DNA from: a virus
Virus record (IMG/VR): IMGVR_UViG_3300025646_000030
Span: 6,708-70,707 of that record
Strand: one strand, 5' to 3'
Length of the DNA: 64,000 bases
This document shows, piece after piece, positions 30,584-39,261 of the stretch (the stretch's first letter is position 1; every line of letters begins with the position of its first letter). The notes beneath the pieces were generated by a model. The model did not search any database. It saw only the letters and a list, made by a program, of their open reading frames with translations, and was not told the DNA's origin. A program made the translations under genes and the position numbers.

Positions 30584-31545
30584 GGCGTCAGTCCGTCGCG
30601 GCGGCTCGTTTTGCCCGAGCACTTCCACTTCGCCCTGGAGAGGCAAAGCGGAGTGTTGCGGTCCTTACCACCGCAGTCCTTGCCGTGGGACTTCATGTCA
30701 CCGAAGCTACGAGCGCAGTACCGGTCGCCTTTGTCGGTGCCGGGTGCGATCTTGTAGCCCTTGGCGCCGTAGCGCACCTTGTTCTTGCGGCCGGTCTTGG
30801 GGTTGGTGACGGTCTTGCTGTACTTCTTGCCGTCCTCGGTGTCGCGGCGGGTGGGGGGTTGGAGCTGGACCGGGGCGTAGTGCTGGATGAAGTTGTCGGT
30901 GCGGCCGAAGCCGCGGGCCTTGCGGCGGCGCGGTTGACCGGTTCGGGGATCGATCGGGATGGCCTCGCGCTGCGGGGTGAGATCGCCAGCGGTCAGCTTG
31001 GGCTGGGTTCCCTGGGGTAGGCGGCGTTGATCAGGGGCGCGGTAACCGGGCTCGAACCGACGGCGGGCGGCCTCGGTGCGGAGGCGCAGCTCGCGCAGGG
31101 TCGTTTTCGCAGCCATGCCGGTGGCTTCACCGGCGGCGGCCATCGTGTTACCGATTTGCCCAAGGCGCCGAACTTCTTCCCGGGCGGTCTGGGCGATACG
31201 GCCCTCGGCGTTTTTCACAGCAGCTGCGGTGTTGGCCCGCATGCGCTGCGTTTTGGACTGACGCGGAGGTGCTGCCTTGAGCAGGGCGCGAGGTGACGAT
31301 CCGGGAAGACGCGGTGCAGGCGAAGGACCCCGGAAGCCAGGCACCGAGCTCGAGGGGCGAGCGGTTCCTGAGCGACCCCGCTTGCTCAGCGCAGCGGCAC
31401 CGAGAGCGAGGGCACCGGCGGTCAAACCAATACCAGTAGCGATGGCGACTTTGGTGGCAGGGCCTTTTGTACATTTTTCGCCCTCGGAGATAGCTCCTTT
31501 GCCGCACTTGAGGTCGAGGCGTAACGCACTCGGGGTCAGTGTCAT
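30562..31545 (-). CDS. Modular basic protein (Cys motif, TM, C-terminal VRYG..YCAR..WKC domain)
   Basis: Starts MTLTPSALRLDLKCGKGAISEGEKCTKG. Confidence 0.8.
   Translation of the reverse strand: MTLTPSALRLDLKCGKGAISEGEKCTKGPATKVAIATGIGLTAGALALGAAALSKRGRSGTARPSSSVPGFRGPSPAPRLPGSSPRALLKAAPPRQSKTQRMRANTAAAVKNAEGRIAQTAREEVRRLGQIGNTMAAAGEATGMAAKTTLRELRLRTEAARRRFEPGYRAPDQRRLPQGTQPKLTAGDLTPQREAIPIDPRTGQPRRRKARGFGRTDNFIQHYAPVQLQPPTRRDTEDGKKYSKTVTNPKTGRKNKVRYGAKGYKIAPGTDKGDRYCARSFGDMKSHGKDCGGKDRNTPLCLSRAKWKCSGKTSRRDGLTPGKSSAW
30577..30583 (-). other. Candidate -1 frameshift heptamer G GGA AAG
   Basis: In frame, four sense codons before the stop of 30562-31545; the -1 frame is the kinase ORF. Confidence 0.65.
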
Positions 31546-32894
31546 AGCCCTAGTGCCTCCCAGTCGATGTCGAAACCATCGGCGTAGACGGAGTCGAGCT
31601 TGCCGCGTCGGCGCATAATCTCCTGGTATGCGGCGTTGATCTGCTGAGCCTTGCGAGGATCGCCGCCAGCGTCAGGGTGATTCTGGCGCATCAGCTGGAG
31701 CCACTTCTTCTTGATGTCGGCATCTGAGGCGGTCTCGGGTATATCGAGGTCTTTGAAAGGATTCTCGACGGCCTTGTTAGCCCCAACGTTGCGGCTGCCC
31801 TGACTGCCAGAAGCTGCGTTCTGCTTTGCACGTTGCTGTGCCTGCTCACGAGCTGCGTTCCACTGGCGTTTGTAGTTCTCGGCACCCATGACCCACTCAG
31901 CCTCTTTGGAGACCAGTTGGGTACGAGCACGGCGAGCTCCAATGAAGTTCCCCGCACCTAAATACATCAAAGTGCCGCCAGCCATAATGGCTCCGGCCTG
32001 CCTTTTCTTGGGTTCTTTGGCGTACTCGTTGGCTATTACACCGGCGCCTGCGATACCTAAGCCGGCGCCGGCAATTTCACCTGCGCGTGCGATACCACTG
32101 AGCTCCTGAAATACCTTCTTTCCCTGTGCAATTCCTTCATCTGGAGTCGCGCCTTTGCCCAGAGGTCTTGAAGCAATACGCTTTGCTGAACTATATTTTG
32201 CAACGCCCAGCGCAAGTCCCCCGAGGGCGGCGGCACCGCCGACACCAAGAGCTACATTGCGAATGGTGTTGTTTTCTTTTGACTTGGCTTTAGTGGCAGG
32301 ACCTTTGGTACATTTTTCGCCCTGGGAGATGGCGCCTTTGCCGCATTTGAGGTCTTGCCTTACTGCTTTAGGGGATAACGCTGAATCTGTGCGTCTCATA
32401 AATTTGTCAAAAGCATCTGGATCTTTAGCTAGCTCTCCTAACTCCTCGAAGGTCATAGCTCTACTTTTAAATGCGTCTTGAAACTTTTTGCTTTTGACTA
32501 CGTCTCGTATGGCTGCGCGCTTTGCCTTGTCGGCTTGCATTGCATGAGCTACTTCTTGCGGATTTTCTCGTACCCGGCGCTGGGCAGATTCCACGGCACG
32601 TTTACCTAAAGATTCAGCCTTGGCTCGGCGTGCTGCGATGGCAGCTGGATCGCGCGGGGGTGGCTTAGGAGGGGTCTTGGGGATATTCGGCACAGTGCGC
32701 TCATCCCCACCTCGAGGCTTTCTCCCTCGGCGGCGCAGCGCAATAGCCCCTGCGGCTAAACCCAAGCCAAGAGCGATAGGTGCAACTTTCTCAACAACCT
32801 CTTGAGCAGCGCCCTTAGTGCACTTTTCGCCCTTAGAAATTGCGCCTTTGCCGCATTTCAAGTCGTTCCTGACCGTACTCGGAGTAAGGGCCAT
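31542..32894 (-). CDS. Two-module protein with C-terminal DnaJ (J) domain
   Basis: Two LKCGKGAISxGEKCTKG units; NPFKDL.I...IKK.W..L...NHPD.GG...INAAY. Confidence 0.85.
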   Translation of the reverse strand: MALTPSTVRNDLKCGKGAISKGEKCTKGAAQEVVEKVAPIALGLGLAAGAIALRRRGRKPRGGDERTVPNIPKTPPKPPPRDPAAIAARRAKAESLGKRAVESAQRRVRENPQEVAHAMQADKAKRAAIRDVVKSKKFQDAFKSRAMTFEELGELAKDPDAFDKFMRRTDSALSPKAVRQDLKCGKGAISQGEKCTKGPATKAKSKENNTIRNVALGVGGAAALGGLALGVAKYSSAKRIASRPLGKGATPDEGIAQGKKVFQELSGIARAGEIAGAGLGIAGAGVIANEYAKEPKKRQAGAIMAGGTLMYLGAGNFIGARRARTQLVSKEAEWVMGAENYKRQWNAAREQAQQRAKQNAASGSQGSRNVGANKAVENPFKDLDIPETASDADIKKKWLQLMRQNHPDAGGDPRKAQQINAAYQEIMRRRGKLDSVYADGFDIDWEALGL

Positions 32895-32897
32895 CGC

Positions 32898-33857
32898 TCA
32901 CATCCCCAGTTGGGCGTAGTCGACTTTGAAGCCTTTTGCGTACATGCCGTCTTTGTAGCCGACGCTCTTGCGCCATTTCTTCTCTTTCTTCTCGTTAATC
33001 GCGTGTTGTTGAAGATCTGTGTTGCCAAAGGCGCCTACACGACGAGCGGCACCAAAGCCAGCTTGCGGACCGAACACCAGTGTAGAAGCAGCTACAGATG
33101 CGACTTTACCTGCGGTACTACCTTTTTCGTTTTTACCGCCTGTCATCCCTGTTGCCAGAGTTTTGCCGATGTTGTAGCCAGAGGTCCACTTAACCGTCTC
33201 TAGTGCGCCACGGCCAATACCTTTAGCGACTTGGCCTGCTTGAACAAGTGCGCTTGGACCTTGGGCTTTTTGTGATTTAACAGGGTCTAATTTACCTGTT
33301 TTTTGATTAAACGATGAATACTCCATCAGCTTACCCGACTTGGACGTGCGAGCAGCTATTTGTTGAGCGGCACGAATTTTAGGGTCTACCTTTTGCGCTG
33401 GACCCTTCGTGCATTTCTCGCCTTGAGAAATGGCGCCCTTGCCACATTTAAGGTCAAGGCGCTCTGCAGCGTCCAGTCGGGCTCGGATGTAAGAGCGGCT
33501 ACGTCCCTGGATGCCGAGATCGCAGGCAGCGAGGTATTCCTGCGGGGTCAAGGCGTCGTTGCGGTCCATCTTCTTGCCGCAGTTCCCATCGCACTTGCCT
33601 TTGCCCTTGCGGCCGCCGCATCCGCAGCCTTCGCCGTCCATGGGCTTCTTGCCGTACATCCCGCCGTCCATCGGCTTCTTGCCGTACATGCCGCCGTCCA
33701 TGGGGGCCTTGGTCTGCTTGGCCCCCTTTGCGGAGCGCTTGCGGTTGGTCTTGCCTTTTGGCATAGGCATTTCCTGATCGTCCTCGCCCTCGCGGATCTC
33801 GTCCGGGCCAGCCTCCATCTCCATTGGCGGGCGCTTTTTCATGGAAGAGGCAGGCAT
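32898..33857 (-). CDS. Modular Lys/Gly/Met-rich protein with Cys motif
   Basis: KKPMDGGMYG repeats; RLDLKCGKGAISQGEKCTKG; C-terminal DGMYAKGF. Confidence 0.8.
   Translation of the reverse strand: MPASSMKKRPPMEMEAGPDEIREGEDDQEMPMPKGKTNRKRSAKGAKQTKAPMDGGMYGKKPMDGGMYGKKPMDGEGCGCGGRKGKGKCDGNCGKKMDRNDALTPQEYLAACDLGIQGRSRSYIRARLDAAERLDLKCGKGAISQGEKCTKGPAQKVDPKIRAAQQIAARTSKSGKLMEYSSFNQKTGKLDPVKSQKAQGPSALVQAGQVAKGIGRGALETVKWTSGYNIGKTLATGMTGGKNEKGSTAGKVASVAASTLVFGPQAGFGAARRVGAFGNTDLQQHAINEKKEKKWRKSVGYKDGMYAKGFKVDYAQLGM
33632..33704. repeat. 30-bp tandem repeat (~2.4 copies) coding PMDGGMYGKK
   Basis: cgccgtccat(g/c)ggcttcttgccgtacat(c/g)c repeated. Confidence 0.9.
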
Positions 33858-33895
33858 GACTACAAGGCGGGACGCCTACAAGCGATGTGCTCAGG

Positions 33896-34777
33896 TTACC
33901 GCTGTTGTGATACGGGAGTCGGGGCGATCTGCTCAAAAACCGCTGCGCGGTTTAGGGATACACCCGATGCACTCACACGAGCCTGCGCATCTCGGACTTC
34001 GTCGCGGTGCCGTTCTCGGGAGGCGGCGTAATCCGGGTCCATATTGGCGACTTCGGCATCCCACGGCGCGAGGTAACAGCGACAGCGCGGGTGCAGAGGA
34101 ACACGAATATCTTGCCTACGATAAATGTGCCCTGCGCGAGGTACGCATAAAGGGCATGCTCTATCGTCAGCAGTGGCGTAATACATCACAAGCTCAATGC
34201 CCTGCGCTGCGTAGTACGTATTGGATGCATCGTTGTACGCACGAAGCGATTCGGTGCGCACGATCGCTTCAGCACGGGATTTCACCACGCTGAGGCGAGA
34301 GCGCAGGTCCTGGACCATGGCGTCAGTGGGTCGGCCTTCGGCAACACCTTGGGCGACGGTGAAGGCAGCGGTCTGGGCGAACTTCTCACCGTGTCTGCGT
34401 AGGTAGCCCTTGGCTTGGGCAGCAGCGGCGTAGGTCGCTTCGAGAGGGATGGAGACGTCAACGCGAGGCCCTGTCTTCACCTGACTGGTGAGCTCATCAG
34501 CGACGGTCAGGCCGTAGCGAGATGACGTGCCCGCGAGGTTGCGCAGGATGCGGTCATAGGCGTCCACCGCGTTGGGGTTGAACACTGGGATCAACATGCG
34601 GAACTCCTGGAGCAGGACCAGGTTTCGGCTCACGGGGTCGGCGTAGCCGATCCGCATATGCACCCGAGCGCGGCGAACCAGGCGGTTGAAACTCGCGTCC
34701 AGTACGCGATTCAACATAGTGATGGTGCCGTTCTCAGAGGTGCGCAGCAGTGCGTTGTAGCGCTCAAGTAGGTTCAT
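33896..34777 (-). CDS. Minor head morphogenesis protein (Mu gpF/SPP1 gp7 family)
   Basis: RAEAIVRTE, D.RAC.LC, PLHPRCRC motifs. Confidence 0.9.
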   Translation of the reverse strand: MNLLERYNALLRTSENGTITMLNRVLDASFNRLVRRARVHMRIGYADPVSRNLVLLQEFRMLIPVFNPNAVDAYDRILRNLAGTSSRYGLTVADELTSQVKTGPRVDVSIPLEATYAAAAQAKGYLRRHGEKFAQTAAFTVAQGVAEGRPTDAMVQDLRSRLSVVKSRAEAIVRTESLRAYNDASNTYYAAQGIELVMYYATADDRACPLCVPRAGHIYRRQDIRVPLHPRCRCYLAPWDAEVANMDPDYAASRERHRDEVRDAQARVSASGVSLNRAAVFEQIAPTPVSQQR

Positions 34778-37700
34778 GCGGCTAGTAAACGAGCGCGCTG
34801 AAACTGATAGGCAATAGTATATGCATCCCCGCGGTCACTCTTATTAGTTGCTTTAGCTGATGGACTTACTTGCTTTTCTAGGTCTTTACGAATCTGCTTT
34901 TGAGCGTTCTTAACACGATTGGCGTTGTAACCACCATACCAAGTTTCAATCATTCTGTCTTCAATCTCAGAGCGGATGCGTGCTTTGGTCGCTTCGCGTT
35001 GTGTCGGTGATTTAAGTGCAGCTGTGTATTCTTTCATTTTACTGGCAGCGTTATCCCCGAATAAAGTGTTTAGATCACCTTCCATGGGTTTGTTTTCACT
35101 AACTCGCCATACGAGTTCATTGAGAAGCTCGCCGGAGCGCTTCCTATCGACGTTCAGGTAGGACCAGGCTTCTCGCTGTAACTGCTTGTCGTACAGGTAG
35201 CTATTGCCCTCAGCTAAGTTTTGCTTCCAATTAGCTCCGTACTCTCGGTTATTTTTATCTATCTTTTCTGTGAGGCCATGCGGGATATTGTCATTGTTAA
35301 GTATACGGGTGTTTCCACCGGTGAAAGCCGCTCCTCCTGAAATCTTGTAGAAATCGTCGCCTTTGCTCACCCAAGTGCGCATGTTGTCGTCGCTATGACT
35401 GAACATCCCGAATGTGGGGCCTGCTACATTGACTACTTTCACATCGCGATAACCCATATCGTGCAGAATAGCTAGTGTTTCACTTGCTACATTGCCTCCA
35501 TTACTGTAGGACAAAATGTCTACGGGTTTACCAGTTAAACGGCGTTGAGCTACTACAAAAGCAGCGGCGCGGACAGCGTCAGGATTAAAACCTCGCTCGT
35601 CCACGTTTTTCCGTAAGTACTTAAAGCGGTCTTGTATGTCTTTAATACTATGCATAGCTTTAGCTGCTCCTTTGGCTTGCTCCCCTAGCCCTATAGCTGA
35701 GCCTAGTTTCTCCGCACTGCGAACAAAGGCTTCACGTTCTCGGACAACTAGATCATCAGGCACAGACGTAGTGGGCTGTGAAATGTTGTTGGCGTAAGGG
35801 AGTATGTCTCTGTCTCCCCAAATTTGACTGAATGCCTTGGCTTTAGCCAGCATGTGGCTACCTTGACCACGGTGCGTGAACTTATTGTCGTCTGCGTAGG
35901 ACAGCATTACGACAGCACCTTTACTATTAGGTGTCTGTCCATACCAAGCTGGTTCAGTATCGTTTGAACTAAATCCACGGTCTTGACCTTTGTCCTTAAA
36001 GTTGTAGACAGACGCTTCGAAATCACTGACTTCGTTCGGCTTTTTATTAAGACGTCTAGCAGCTCGCTCGCGGAATTGACGTTCCATCTCCACGGCTAGT
36101 TTTTCAGCTTCGATCGCTGACTTGGCAACATTTTTGCGATATGCGGAGATCTTGGCTCGCTTTGTGCCTAATACGGCTATTGCAGCAGCTCCCCCTGTAA
36201 CGGTCAGCGCTCCTGCGACAACCTTTGCTGTACTTAAATTGGACTTCTGCTCGGGTGCAGTTGCATTTGTATTAGGCTTTGCACTGGTTGTCTTAGTGCA
36301 CTTATAGTTATCGGGAATCGCAGACTGACCACACCGCTTGTCAACGCGAAATTCATGCAAATCTACAGCGTCGTTACGAATTAAGTCCGCAATTTGCTCA
36401 ATATGATTATCCCCCATTCTTGTGAACTTCCCTTTTGTTTTCATAGCAAACAGACGCTCATCGGAAGACAACGCTTGCCGAAAACCATATTTCTCGTAGA
36501 TCGAGCGGCGTTTCTTCCCTTTATTATCGTTAGCATAAGGAATGGCGGTTATGATTGAGTTGTCAGGGATCTGTTCCATCTGAGATTGGAACATTTTCTT
36601 CACTGTAGATGCTACACCTCTTGCATTACGTGACGCTGCAGGCGACTTGGCGTCAAATTCACCATCCACCCGAAATTGAGTGGAGTATGCGCGAGCTCCA
36701 CCAATGCTATCTTGAGGTTTCGTGTTATAGATAATCAAAGTTTCACCAACAGATCCTGTACTCAGTAGAGTTCCGTCCTCCATCTGCCAGTTACTAAAGT
36801 TGTCTTTATTGTTAACGGATGTAATCCGCCCACCTTTTGCCTTAAGAGCCAAGTGCGCTGCGCTAACCTTGGCATCTCCTACTAAGCGGCGCACAGGCTC
36901 TTGGAAGTTCTTGGGAAGACGACTTATTCCGGTATCTACTTCTGCAGTAGATAGTGTTTTAATAGTACGTTTGCTTAATTCAGCAACTGTCTGCTGAGTC
37001 TGAGTGCGCACTACATTGTTCGCTACACGACGACCAGCGCGAGCTCGTACAGCAGTACGACGGTAAAGCTCCCGATTATTCGTGCGCAGAGATCGCCGCG
37101 CCTGTAGTGTCCCCTGTCGGGCTGTCCGTGCGATTGTCTTACGATTGCGTACTGCTCCTACAACAGAAGCAACACCCCCTGCAACAGCTGCAATTTTAGC
37201 TGCTTTATCTAAAGCCCCACCGCCTGACTTTAGATGGCAAGTTGATGTCGGCGGAATACATAAGTTTCCGCATTTCTGATTGGGAGGAAAGCATGTGAGA
37301 CCGGGCTGTGCTGCTCCTTTTACACGGTTAGCAGCTTCCTCAGATTGAGGAGGTGTGTTCTTAGTGCATTTTGCTTTTTCGGGAATACCAGACTTGCCGC
37401 AACGCTTATCTAGTCGAGCAACTGTCTCTAAGTAAGCTGCAACTCGAGGTGTGAAATGTTGTTCTTCGTCGTCGCGATTGCCATACTGAGCGCGGCGGCG
37501 CTCGTACTCGGCTTGAGCTGCTTCTCGGGTGGCGTAACGCGGTGTGCCGTCAGGGTTCTTCTGACGCATCATCGATGCGATGACTTGGGCAGGGGTGCGC
37601 CGACGCGCGGGGCGGCCGCCCGCGGGGGCGGGTGTTTGCGGTTGGGGCTTACGTCGTCGAGGACCCGGGCGGATCTCGATCTCCGCAGAAGTGAAACCGT

Positions 37701-39261
37701 ACTCGGTCTTGAGTAGCTGGATCGCTTGTGCGGGGGTCAGTTGTTGCTTACCTGAAAGCTCCCTGGCTGCTTGTACCGCAAGCCGATCGGTAATGGTATA
37801 GGGGGACTTGCCTGTGCCTGCTACTTTTGTATGGTAGTAATCAAGAAGAAAAAGTGCGTCATGTTCTGCACCTTTGCTCACGGTGTTTGGCTTAGTGCTT
37901 GTTTGCATTAAGTAATCTATACGCCTACGTTCTGCCGCTTTGCGTAGCTCTAATAGTCCGGGTTGTTCCGCTATTACATTTTTTTCAAACTGTTCACGCT
38001 CAGCACGCGGACGGTCAAAGGCAGGTGCATCTGCTGCTTGGATGAGGCTTTTGCTCTGCTCTTTGTAGTATTTATCGAAAAATTCGACATGGCCATTATA
38101 GATCTCTCGTGCGGCGGAGCTAGGCGCGAGATTACGTATAACTGTGTCTACATACTTGGCATGCGCGGCACGTTGTCTTTCGTTAGTGATCGCTCTTGTG
38201 GATCGACTAACGAAGGCGTCGCGCTGGTTGCTATCGATGTACTGCGCACCTGGACGTCCGAGCACCTTGAACCCTTGCTGCTTGGCTAGCTGCAGAAATG
38301 CATCCCGATCGGATTCGATTCTATCCGTGATAGCATTGACATAGTCTGCTCCTATTGTTGTTGGCGATAAGTTTAAATTCCATTCTGTATTCATAAAAGC
38401 GTGAGCAGTCGGGACTGCAAATACACTTGTCCCGTCTTTGTGGGTAGCTCCCCAGAATGCTGTGCGGTGCTTTGTATTCCATTCGTAAAACGTATTAGAA
38501 CTACCTTGATTATCAACAACTTTTAGGGCTGCGTTTAAACTACTGCTCCCGGCTACCCAGCTACGTGGGATCGTAGTGGCGGGAATGCCGGACTCGGGAT
38601 TCGCGGCGTAGCTCCTGTTGCGCTGAGTGCGCCCAGCAATGCGAGAAAGATTTCTAGCTTCTGCACTGGCTGCTCGGCTGCGCGTATAGGCGCGCGCTTG
38701 TCCTATGAATGGAGTTCGGTCCAGGATCGCTCCGATTCCCTGCGCCACTGCGTAATCGATTTTGGCGCCAGCACCCTTGCGATAACCAAAAACGTCTCCA
38801 GCTTTAAGGCCGCTATGAAGAGCAAGCCCTCCAGCTACGACTGAGACAGGTATTACTACCTTGGACCAGTTGTTTTCTACCCATTCTTTGAATTCACCTT
38901 TTTCTTTTAATGTACCAGGCTTAAGCTTGACAGCCCCGCGTACAAATGAGCGCTTGCTCGATTCCAGCTCAGAAAAACTGCCGGTACGAGCAAAACGACC
39001 TAAACGCTTAATTCCCCGTTCTATGTTTGCAATGCCACTTACTGGATCTGTTCTCTTTGCTGCAAGATGAGGATCATTGCCTTGACCCTTTAAGCGACAG
39101 TTCCATTCAGGTGGGATACACCTGTTACCGCACTTAACGTTGGGTGGATTGCACTGTACTAAAGTGCGCGTTTTGCCTGTGCGGAAGTCCAATCGCTGCT
39201 TAGTCGCAAGATAAGCGGCGGCGCGGGCCTGCGCTGCATCAATCGGGGTCTTCTCGTCCAT
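34774..39261 (-). CDS. 1495-aa multi-module protein (4 Cys motifs, 3 hydrophobic helices, GNAT-like and alpha/beta-hydrolase-like domains)
   Basis: See findings; SYSNGG nucleophile elbow; RRSIYEKYGF. Confidence 0.8.
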   Translation of the reverse strand: MDEKTPIDAAQARAAAYLATKQRLDFRTGKTRTLVQCNPPNVKCGNRCIPPEWNCRLKGQGNDPHLAAKRTDPVSGIANIERGIKRLGRFARTGSFSELESSKRSFVRGAVKLKPGTLKEKGEFKEWVENNWSKVVIPVSVVAGGLALHSGLKAGDVFGYRKGAGAKIDYAVAQGIGAILDRTPFIGQARAYTRSRAASAEARNLSRIAGRTQRNRSYAANPESGIPATTIPRSWVAGSSSLNAALKVVDNQGSSNTFYEWNTKHRTAFWGATHKDGTSVFAVPTAHAFMNTEWNLNLSPTTIGADYVNAITDRIESDRDAFLQLAKQQGFKVLGRPGAQYIDSNQRDAFVSRSTRAITNERQRAAHAKYVDTVIRNLAPSSAAREIYNGHVEFFDKYYKEQSKSLIQAADAPAFDRPRAEREQFEKNVIAEQPGLLELRKAAERRRIDYLMQTSTKPNTVSKGAEHDALFLLDYYHTKVAGTGKSPYTITDRLAVQAARELSGKQQLTPAQAIQLLKTEYGFTSAEIEIRPGPRRRKPQPQTPAPAGGRPARRRTPAQVIASMMRQKNPDGTPRYATREAAQAEYERRRAQYGNRDDEEQHFTPRVAAYLETVARLDKRCGKSGIPEKAKCTKNTPPQSEEAANRVKGAAQPGLTCFPPNQKCGNLCIPPTSTCHLKSGGGALDKAAKIAAVAGGVASVVGAVRNRKTIARTARQGTLQARRSLRTNNRELYRRTAVRARAGRRVANNVVRTQTQQTVAELSKRTIKTLSTAEVDTGISRLPKNFQEPVRRLVGDAKVSAAHLALKAKGGRITSVNNKDNFSNWQMEDGTLLSTGSVGETLIIYNTKPQDSIGGARAYSTQFRVDGEFDAKSPAASRNARGVASTVKKMFQSQMEQIPDNSIITAIPYANDNKGKKRRSIYEKYGFRQALSSDERLFAMKTKGKFTRMGDNHIEQIADLIRNDAVDLHEFRVDKRCGQSAIPDNYKCTKTTSAKPNTNATAPEQKSNLSTAKVVAGALTVTGGAAAIAVLGTKRAKISAYRKNVAKSAIEAEKLAVEMERQFRERAARRLNKKPNEVSDFEASVYNFKDKGQDRGFSSNDTEPAWYGQTPNSKGAVVMLSYADDNKFTHRGQGSHMLAKAKAFSQIWGDRDILPYANNISQPTTSVPDDLVVREREAFVRSAEKLGSAIGLGEQAKGAAKAMHSIKDIQDRFKYLRKNVDERGFNPDAVRAAAFVVAQRRLTGKPVDILSYSNGGNVASETLAILHDMGYRDVKVVNVAGPTFGMFSHSDDNMRTWVSKGDDFYKISGGAAFTGGNTRILNNDNIPHGLTEKIDKNNREYGANWKQNLAEGNSYLYDKQLQREAWSYLNVDRKRSGELLNELVWRVSENKPMEGDLNTLFGDNAASKMKEYTAALKSPTQREATKARIRSEIEDRMIETWYGGYNANRVKNAQKQIRKDLEKQVSPSAKATNKSDRGDAYTIAYQFQRARLLAA

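Noticed and set aside
30584-30646. TTG start for a stand-alone 500-aa kinase
   Set aside because: Lies inside the upstream gene's C-terminal domain; the frameshift explains the junction better, though this start is not excluded
30491-33446. Repeated Cys-motif DNA as DGR template/variable repeats
   Set aside because: Differences are mostly synonymous and not adenine-specific; no reverse transcriptase in the window
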